A stretch of 64,000 nt of DNA from Podarcis liolepis. Its lineage: Eukaryota. The stretch lies in assembly GCA_965112155.1 (NCBI GenBank), contig OZ218098.1; one strand, written 5' to 3'. A program made the position numbers and the translations under genes. Below the pieces are notes generated by a model. That model saw only the letters and a program-made list of their open reading frames with translations, searched no databases and was not told the DNA's origin. This document shows, piece by piece, positions 51,778-61,111 of this stretch. How positions within the stretch are numbered: position 1 is the first letter of the stretch; each line of letters begins with the position of its first letter.

Positions 51778-52465
51778 CTTAGATAAAATAACAACCTTAA
51801 ATAAAAGAGCAACTACCATCACCACTAGTACATCAGCAGCACACTAGTTGGAGTTCTGTAGTTAGTGGTACGGTGTCACAAGCTAAATTTAGTGTGGTAG
51901 AGCATGCACTGCAATGGTTATAAGAATAGGTTCAGGGACTGCTGCTGGCGTGCTGTTCGTTACTTGTTTCCGTACTTGAAGAATGAGGTCCTAGTAAAGA
52001 GAGTTCAAAGGAAAGCCACACAAATCATCCAAAGACTAGAAAATAGGCAATCTGACAGTGATGGGAGCTTGTTGAGAAATATGAAGGGTTAGTGTGAAGT
52101 GCACTGTAGACGAGACACCCAGTGCATGGATTCATGCACATCAAAAGCCATTTCATAAAAGTGTACCTCTCAGAACTAGGGGAATTATCACCTGAACAGG
52201 CTATTTTTTTTCGCTGCTGCTGCTAGTCTGTTAACATTCAATAATCAGGCATTAAGGATTCTGGAACCATGCCTGCATTTGCTATTCAGCTGCTATAAAT
52301 CTAGGGAACCCTCACCCAACTTCATCAGCTAGGCAGCCTTATGTTTTATTGGGATTACCCTCTTCTTGGGTCTCAGCCAATCTGCTAAATGCTTTCCGTA
52401 TTGGAACATGCCTCTGTGAATTTTCAGGAAGAACACTCTAAAGAAAGAACTAGGAATGTGTGCGC

Positions 52466-52602
52466 CAGGGCTTTTTCCCCAGCCTGAACTCATGGGAACT
52501 CAGTTCTGGCACTTCTCAGGTGGGCACCATCGCCATTATAAGAGAACAAGGGAGGTGTTCATCGTGAGTTCTGTCACCTCTTTTTCTAGAAAACTAGAAC
52601 TG
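52466..52602. mobile_element. hAT MITE
   Basis: cagggcttttt...aaaactagaactg; TSD gtgtgcgc/gtgtgtgt. Confidence 0.65.
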
Positions 52603-52699
52603 GTGTGTGTGCAAGTTCAAATAAATACTGAATCAGCCTGCCAAAGGTTTCCACAGGGGAATTCTGTCACCTAGTAGGAGGGGACAAGATGACAAATGT

Positions 52700-53625
52700 A
52701 TCCATAAGGGCATAACAAGAGTCCTGCTGGCTCAGGCCAAACGCCCTTCTAGTGCAGCACAGTGGACAACCAGAAACCAGAAAGTAGGACATGGACACAA
52801 CAGCATCCTCCTCACTTGTGCTTTGCAACAACTGGTATTTGAAGGCATGAAGAAGCCTCTGATCCTGGGGGTAGTACACCACTAGCATGGCTAGTAAGGT
52901 AAGGTAATGCTAAAGGACCCCTGGACTATGGGGTGTGGCGCTTCAGGCCAAGGGAGCTGGCGTTTGTCCATAGGCAGCTTTCTGGGTCACTTCTGGCACA
53001 ACGACACCATGACAGAAGCCAGAGTGCACGGAAATGATATTTACCTTCCTACTGCAGCAGTACCTATTTATCTACTTGCACTGGTATGCTTTTGAACTGC
53101 TAGGTTGGCAGGAGCTGGGACCGAGCAACGAGAGCTCACCCCGTTGCACAGATTCGAACCGCTGACCTTCCAATTGGCAAGCCCGAGAGGCTCAGTGGTT
53201 TAGACCATAACACCTTTCCTCCCTGAGTTTGTCTATACCCTTTTAAAGCCATCCAAGTTGGTGGTGATGGCTACCACTTGTGGGAGCGAATTTCATAGTC
53301 TAATATTATATATGGAATTTTTATCCCACCCTTCCTTCCAAAGGAGCCCCATGCCTCCTTTTTTCTGACCTGAATCTTTCGACATTAAGCTTCACTGGAT
53401 GACCCTAAGTTCAAGTATTATGGGTGGAGAAAAGAGCCGCCCCCCTCTCTCTCTCCTCACAACATGCATACGTTTATAACTACCATATCCCACCCCACTT
53501 TTTTCTAAACTAAAAAGCCCTTATGGCCTTCCCTGATAGGTGAGATGTTCTGCATGTCTGATCATTTGGTTGCCCTCTTCTAAACCTTTCCCAGTGCTGT
53601 GATATACTTTTTGTGGTGCAGTGAG
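52700..53625 (-). mobile_element. Old CR1 3' region split by a Sauria SINE
   Basis: Reverse 3' UTR (cataacaagagtcctgctgg...) continues after the SINE as cttttaaagccatccaagttggtgg...ttgccctcttctaaacctttccc. Confidence 0.7.
52896..53213 (-). mobile_element. Sauria SINE, internally deleted
   Basis: aaggtaaggtaa tail complement; gattcgaaccgctgacc and cagtggtttagacca head complement. Confidence 0.85.
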
Positions 53626-54631
53626 CAGAAAAGCTATGTGACATGATAGCTCAGTGAAACTTCTGTGTCTGGAAGGGAAATACAGCTGAAGATCAGAAGC
53701 TGGTCATCATAAATATATGATAGGGTGGCTATATTTTAACCCTGACACCAAGGAGTGTTCCTTCTCATACCATTTTAATGTTCCTGCACTGAGCTTGACA
53801 GGCACAAGAGTGAATTCGTGGTTTCTCAGCTTTGAGATCGTAAATGCTATGATGTACTACTGCAACACTGAACAAAATACGCACATGCAGGAAGCTATGG
53901 TCTATACTAATCCAATGTGGTGGTATTACTGCACACTGAAAATGCACACATAACATCATCTAGGGCATAGGCTGCATTAAATTATTCCGACAGCAATGAA
54001 CTAGGTATGTACACACAGAAGCAGGTAGGCGTCTCTTCATTCTGTGGATTTCTCATAGAAAAAAGTTGCCGGAAAATGAACCTGTCAGTGGAATTCTATC
54101 AGTAGGTTTGGGCCACCACCTTTTTCTAAAACTGGGTACCTCAAGTCACCTCTGAAAAGTGCCACTTCTCCCTCTAGCATGGAAGAAATAGCTAAGCTTG
54201 TGAAAGATAAGGAGTGACCTATTTGGAAAGGCTACCAGTCCTGGGCAAGAAGGCTCTTCTCCTAGCCCATAATTGCTATGGGTGGGTGGGGGAGAATGCA
54301 ATAATTCCGCCAGGGGCAGATTTAAAGCAGCACGACCGGTTCCCCTACACTGGGTGCTGAGCTGAGAGGGACCACCAGTCGTTGCAACTATGACATAATG
54401 CATGCATAGTACGGAAGGCAAGAGGTGGTGTGGGGTTTTCAGGTCGAATTTAGCCTCGTACAGGGCACCGCTGAAATTTGAAAGACCAATGTCCACCCTG
54501 AATCCCCTCCCCATCACAGTGTTGAGCTAAGAAGTGAGTGTCCCACCCCAGCACTGTGATATGTATGTGTGCAACATGTGTGCACTTTATATAGAGCAGG
54601 GGGTGGGCAAATCGGTCTATTTTGGTTTGTC

Positions 54632-54850
54632 CGGATGGAATTCAACTAACCTGTTTCCCAAGCAGAAGCTGGGGTAAGGTCTTATGGTGCAACAGGGCTG
54701 CACCCCTGATCTTCCCCCATATCCATTATGGAGGGCCAGGAGACACACTAGAGCAGCACACAGGGAGGAGAGGGGAGATAATTCCTTCAGGCAAGCAGAA
54801 ACGCTTGCATTGACAGAACAATCTTTTTAGTGCCATGTTGAACTCCACCC
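54632..54850. mobile_element. Harbinger-like MITE
   Basis: ggatggaattcaac...gttgaactccaccc TIRs. Confidence 0.6.
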
Positions 54851-55029
54851 TCTCTTTCTTTTCCACTCTTAACTTCAGTCCTCCGCATTTCCATCTCTTT
54901 CCCTCCCTCCCTCCCTCCCTCTGTGTGTGTGTGTGTGTAAATTCATCATGAATTTAGTGCCAATTGCATTTTTGCCTCATATACACATTTTTGCAAGCTG
55001 GAATGCTTTTGCAATGCTGGAAACAAGAG

Positions 55030-55160
55030 GCAGGGAGATTGCTCTGGTGCTGGAGTCCTGCTTGCATGTTCCTCACAGGCATCTGGTTGGCCACTGTGAG
55101 AATAGGATATTGGACTAGATGGGCCATTGGCCTGATCCAGCAGGCTCCTCTTACATTATT
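55030..55160 (+). mobile_element. Old CR1 3' UTR fragment
   Basis: ggcatctggttggccactgtgagaataggatattggactagatgggccattggcctgatccagcaggctc. Confidence 0.65.
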
Positions 55161-55243
55161 ATGCTCCATTTCCCCTAATGTAATGAATTTCTCTGTGTTG
55201 TTTTCACTAATATGTGTATATTTATGCACATGTTACTCCAGTA

Positions 55244-55469
55244 CAGTGGTACCTCTGGTTACAAACATAATTCGTTCTGGAGGCCCGTTCTTAACCTGAA
55301 ACGGTTCTTAACCTGAGGTACCACTTTAGCTAATGGGGCCTCCCGCTGCCGCTGCGCCGCCGCCATGCGATTTCTGTTCTCATCCTGAAGCAAAGTTCTT
55401 AACTCAAGGTGATATTTTTGGGTTAGTGGAGTCTGTAACCTGAAGCGTCTGTAACCCGAGGTACCACTG
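55244..55469. mobile_element. Tc1/mariner-type MITE
   Basis: TA|cagtggtacctctggttac...gtaacccgaggtaccactg|TA. Confidence 0.9.
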
Positions 55470-56451
55470 TATATGTATATGTGTACACATTACTTGGCTT
55501 TGCAAAATTTGGAAAAGTGCAAATTTTGAAGGATGGTTGAGTATTGTTTTGGGAAGTCGGAATGAAAAAGGTTTGCCTTTAAAGGCAGACTGACCTAAAT
55601 TTCTCCCACACCCCTAATGGTGAGTGTGTGCATGTGTGTGTGTACATGCATGAATAAGTGTGTGTGACCACTTTAGCTATGCCCACCACTAGCAACCCTT
55701 AGCGTGGCTCTCAGGTTGAACAAGGCTTAGCCATCCCTAGTTTAGAAGACATTGTCTGAATGTTTCTTTCCTCTTAGTGTCTTATTAAACATTTATCACT
55801 TGCCCAACATGAAATAACAGCCAGCTTTAAACCAAAGTACATCAAGCTCCTTGATAGCAAGCCATCAAGGGAAGAAACTTGATTGTCGGCTGGTTAGCTA
55901 GTTATGGGAGAGATCTAGCTGCTTGGGAACTAAACCCAGGAGGAACAAACAGGAAATGGTTCACTTAAATACCTTGGGAGATCTAAGAAAATTGTTATTA
56001 GCAGAGCTCTCCCTACTTTAGGCATGAATAAATAACTTGCTAATAGGATGAAGGCATCCCTGCTAGGTGGTTTTTTAAAAGTGCATTTTCTTATATATTC
56101 TTGTGAGAATTCATTTCCCTTAAGTACATGATTACCGACACAATGGAACAATGTTATGAGAATCATGGTCAGTTACCCCTACTGCTTACAGGAAGAGAGC
56201 ATAGGATTATAATGAAAAAGAATGCCTGAGTCCGATAAGATGAAGCAAATTAGCTTAGCCAGGGACCACTTGGCATAAAGTGAGTCTAATAAACCTATAA
56301 TTTCTAAAATGTTCATATTACACAGAGTACAAATGGATTCCAGAGTGATTCCAAGCTATTGCACCTTAATAGTTGGGCAGAAGTGGCTTTCTTCCTTTTT
56401 TTTTTGGTAAAAACAACCCTGTAACCTTTTGGTGAAGGACAGGCTGTAAAT

Positions 56452-56510
56452 TGAATGAATGAATGAATGAATGAATGAATGAATAAGCAAGCAAGCAAGC
56501 AAGCAAGCAA
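56452..56510. repeat. Compound (TGAA)n(AAGC)n microsatellite
   Basis: Direct reading. Confidence 0.93.
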
Positions 56511-57281
56511 ACAAACAGAAAAGAAGGGATTGTGGATCTTTGCTGTAATCAAACGCCATCCCATAAACCCTTTTTCATAATGTACAATCAAGTACAAATA
56601 TTTCATTTTGTCCCAAATGACATTCCATCCCCACCCCACCCCTTTAAGTAAATGAAGGTGGCTGGACTGGGAAATCAGTTTGGTATTTGCTCCTGTAGCA
56701 ATTTAGTGAGTTTCTTGACTTGAATATTCTGATGGGGGAATGACGATTACCACTTCCAAAAGATTTCCCTGCAGCCTACCACCAAACAATATGCTATTTA
56801 CAATATTGGATTAAAACACAAACTTGCTAGAGTTCCATTCCGTTTTCCTACAACTGAGGGCCACTTAATGTGAACAATTTATTCCTGGGACTGCTAATGG
56901 TGGGGATGAAGACTTCCCATACACCCAGCAGGGCTGAGTATATTATGGCCCATCCATGGAGTACCACCACATGGAAACAGTTCTCAGTAGCATCCATCCC
57001 TAGGTTTCATTTATTTCATTTCATTTATTTTATTCTGATATTCAGAATTTCTAAGTGACATCAGGTTATTCAGAGTTTAAACCAGCAGCAGGCACATGAT
57101 TATCTCCAGTCTTAGCAATGTAGTCCCACAACACTAAGATCAGAAAACAGCACCCTCTTGCTCTTGGAAAGGAAGTAGGCAGAAACTAATCTGTGATCAC
57201 TGCAATGCTTAGTGCTAAGATCAGAGGTGCTGGATCTCCAACCTTAGCACTTACTGCTTAAATCAGAGATTACAGATCTCT

Positions 57282-57848
57282 TGTCAGCGATTGGCTGGAT
57301 GGTGAGGAGTGGTGGGAGGATCCAGCCAGAGAACTCCCCAGGGAAGCTTCAGAGGAGGAAGGATCAGCATCAGGGAGGGGACAGTGAAGACAGGTCAGAG
57401 GATGAAGCAGGGGCAGAACGGTTGGAAGCTGAACAAGCAACAGGCTTTTATGTGAGAGAAAAACCAGAGGCAGAAAACACTGCAGACACAGGACAGGCAG
57501 CTGAGGAGGAGGAAGGGACAGAGGCTGCAACAACTTTACAAGAGCCTGACAGTTCTCCTACATTAAGGTCCCCTCCTCCCTTGTCTCCAAGAGCATGGAG
57601 GGCCCTGAATGAAGCAAAACAAAGAGCACAGAGAACACAGAGTTTAAGGCTGCTTGGAAAAGATCCAGCCAAGGAGGAGATGTAGAGGGAAGTGGGAAGC
57701 ACAGATTGTCAGTTCTGGAAATGGCTTTACTGGGAGCCAGTCTTGCCTGTAGGTTTCTCTGTTTGTATTCTGTTTCCTTGAATAAATAATTAACTTTCTA
57801 CTTGTCTCTGAGATTCTGTGCTGACCTGCAGCTGAACTAGCCCTGACA
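57282..57848 (+). mobile_element. Gypsy-type solo LTR
   Basis: TGTCAG...CTGACA; TSD tctct/tctcg; AATAAA at 57781; acidic frameshifted ORF. Confidence 0.82.
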
Positions 57849-58593
57849 TCTCGGCACCTCACCTCACATGGTATGGCATCAGGTGACTTACAGGTGGGTG
57901 TGGTTTGTCCAAAAGGGCCTGTCAGCGCAAATTCAGAGGCCTGGCAGGTCTAATAATGGCCTCAAGCTGGAAGTTTGTTGCCCTAAAATGAGGATTTGCC
58001 TATTGGCATGTTAATGGCCAATTTTTGAAAAGATATATGTTGCTCCTGACAATTGTTCACTTGTTCTACCAAACAAATGTCACATCCAGCATTTGCACCT
58101 GGAAGCATGAATACATAATCAGGCAAGAAGTCAGCTTCCTGGGGTTGTGTTTTCTTCCTAGATCTGCCGTTGAGATACTGCATGTTGAGTCCCCATCCAG
58201 TTGTAATCTAACTGCAAAGCTCTGATCGATTAATGGATGAGGATTGCACAGTGTGACTCAGGAGGAAATCAATCAGCTCCTTTGGAGCAGTCTCTGTCAC
58301 TCTCTGTACAATGTAACAAATTGTTTATTTAACTTTGTGCCGGTTTTTCTTTTCTTTGATGTCATCAGCAAAGGCTCCTACAAAAAGAGAGTAAACTTGT
58401 TTTTCAGTAATTGGAGATGTTTCTTTAAAACATATAATTTTGCTAGTGTCAAGCTGGCATACCATAGCTATTTACTTATGGACGACTGTTTCTTGAACTG
58501 AATATCTTGACTCGCTCTGCTTTTGATTGCAGTGCAAGCACAGGATTAATTAGCAATGGATCAGCTAATTCCATCTAGACATGAATTTCTGTA

Positions 58594-59122
58594 TTGGAAG
58601 ACACAAGATTTACCCACCCGGGAAAAATGGCAGATGAAGTTGATGGACTATATGGAACTGGCGGAAATGACTGGCAGAATCCGAGACCAGGGAGAAGAGT
58701 CGGTGGAAGAAGACTGGAAAAAGTTTAAAGACTATTTACAGAAATACTGTAAAATTAATGAATGTTAGAAAAATGTTGGAATGAAGTTATATGGCTTTAG
58801 TAGAAATTTTATAAGGAATTAAGTATAAATTAAGTATAGAATGTGTTAAGATAATTATAGGATAGAAAACAGAGGAAGATGGAAAGGAATTGCTGAAACA
58901 ATTAACAGAAGTGGAATACAAAAAGGGAGGTGTGAGGAGGTCGTTGAAATAAGTGAAAGATAAGATATTGAAATTGTTTAATGTGTTTTAAACGGTTTAT
59001 GTTTTGTTTTGTTAGTTTAATGTGTTAGTGTTATGTAGTGTTTTTGTATTGTGTTGTATTGTTCTTTTTTTGTAGGGTTTAAATTGTTGGGAAAGTAATA
59101 AATATTAATTTTTTTTAAAAAA
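58594..59122 (+). mobile_element. L1-clade LINE 3' end
   Basis: WKTQDLPTREKWQMKLMDYMELAEMTGRIRD...EEDWKKFKDYL*; AATAAA plus A tail; perfect 17-bp TSD agacatgaatttctgta (58577-58593, 59123-59139). Confidence 0.92.
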
Positions 59123-60859
59123 AGACATGAATTTCTGTAATTCTGTATCGTTGCAGAATAAAGGGGAGAAATTGTGAATAAATAACACAATGAAGTGTGT
59201 GTGAGCTGATCCAAACAAGAAGAACAAGAAGAGAAAAGCACAAGACACAGTCAGTCAGTGTAGTCAAGATGGACCAATGGTCTGACTTGGTATAAGGTAG
59301 CTTTATTTGAACAAAGAAATACAGACGTTCCAGGGTTTCCATTATTACCTGATGACTTGGGAGAGAGTTAATCCTTTTCTCTAGCCAGCTGGAGTTTCAG
59401 TTGTGGGGCAAGGTGGTGCACAGTACAAGAATAAATACCAACACTGGAAAATCTACTGGTGAAAGATGTGTCTTTAGTACTCAGTGCATGCTTGTTTTTC
59501 TGTAACTTTTTTATCTTTTTTGCCTTGGATTCCAAACTTCTCTTATCCCTTAATCCGTCATTAGGGACTCACATGGCTATGATGCCAGCGAACAGCTTCT
59601 TTCATCTGCACCTTGTGATGCTGTTTTGTCAGAATTCTGTTTCTAAACTGGGTTCAGGCTCGGTTAATACTGTGATTAGAAATCTGCAGGAGAAGCCTGA
59701 AGGGTCATAGGAGACTGCTTGGAGATTTAATCCTCACTGCTTTCCTTCCTCAGCGGCACCAGAGGAATGAGCCAGAATTGAGTTGGGGTGCAGAGTAGTT
59801 CTGGAAGTGCCAAATCTCTTTCATCTGAGACGGGAAATTCAATTCCACAGTTTGGGCCCATTAAAGATCAGAAACTGCACAAGACTCGACACAAAACAGG
59901 TCATAAGGGCTTGAAGTTGCAGAGTGCTCAGAATCTCACTCGGCTTGTTAGATGAGTCTCTTGAGGACATGCTTAACTTTAAACAGCTGAGTTCCATTAA
60001 TGTCAATGGGGTTAGGCTGGTATCCACAGAGGTTTCTGCTTTGCGGGATCAAGCTAGTGTCCTCAGCACTTTCTAAGGAACCAGCCCTGAGTCCTTAAGC
60101 CCCGACATAATTCCAAGCAGCATAGCTATTGTTGGTCTCATCTGAACTTCTTGTTTTTGTTTTGACAGAAAGGTCCTTTTTGGATCTAATTTTTATGCAA
60201 GTCTTCTAGATATCCAACCTGACTCCCTGGTTGCCATCAAAGCAGGCTGACACATTACACACACAGCCACCTTTGTTTTGCAAACATGCCCTCCTCAGTG
60301 ACAATCGGAGGAAATGTGGGTTTCGAACTAATTGTCAAACTGTCATCTTATCTAGATATCACTTGCTCCAGTTGTTTACCAAATGTGTATTGCCAGTCAT
60401 TTGCTTTTTCTCTTATCTGGGTGGCCCATCACTCTGGCTTGAATTGTCAGCTAGACTGCTTGGGTTTCAAAGGAATCCATAGAGGGATCCTTTGTGACTG
60501 CTAAAAGCATATAAAGTAAATTATTGCTTCAGAGGAAGCATTGTCACTGCTTACCTGACCATGGAGTCTCATCTATATTGACTGATCCCAAGAAGTTCAG
60601 CTTTCATGTGAAATGATTGGAAGCACGACTCCAGAAGCTAAACTCTTCCTTCCCCACCATCCAGATTGAAAAGGAGATGCCTTTTGTGCCTGTGAAAAGA
60701 ATCAGAATTTACCCATCGGTCTTTGGTAGCAGCTTACAGAGTAGAGCAAACATCGGCTTTGCTCCCTGCTGTTCACCCCAGTCCCGCTTATGAGCATTTA
60801 AAGAGGGGTGCTCCCCTAAACCTAAGATGTTGTCATATTTTTTTCCTTGTAGGTAAGTA

Positions 60860-61111
60860 CAGTCATACCTCGGGTTACAGCCACTTCAGGTTGCCTTTTT
60901 TTGTATTGTGGACCACTGAAACCCAGAAGTACCAGAACGGGTTACTTCTGGGTTTCGGCAGTCGCACATGCACAGAAGCACTAAATCGCACTTTGCGCAT
61001 GTGCAGAAGCACCGAATCGCAACCCGCTGATGCGCAGACATGGGTTGCAAATGCTGTGGGTTGCAAATGTGCATCCTGCACGGATCATGTTCACAACCCG
61101 AGCGTCCACTG
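60860..61111. mobile_element. Tc1/mariner-type MITE
   Basis: TA|cagtcatacctcgggtt...aacccgagcgtccactg|TA. Confidence 0.85.

Noticed and set aside
54311-54500. Possible hAT MITE (caggggcagattta...gtccaccctg)
   Set aside because: TIR and TSD (aattccgc/aatcccct) are too degenerate to call confidently.
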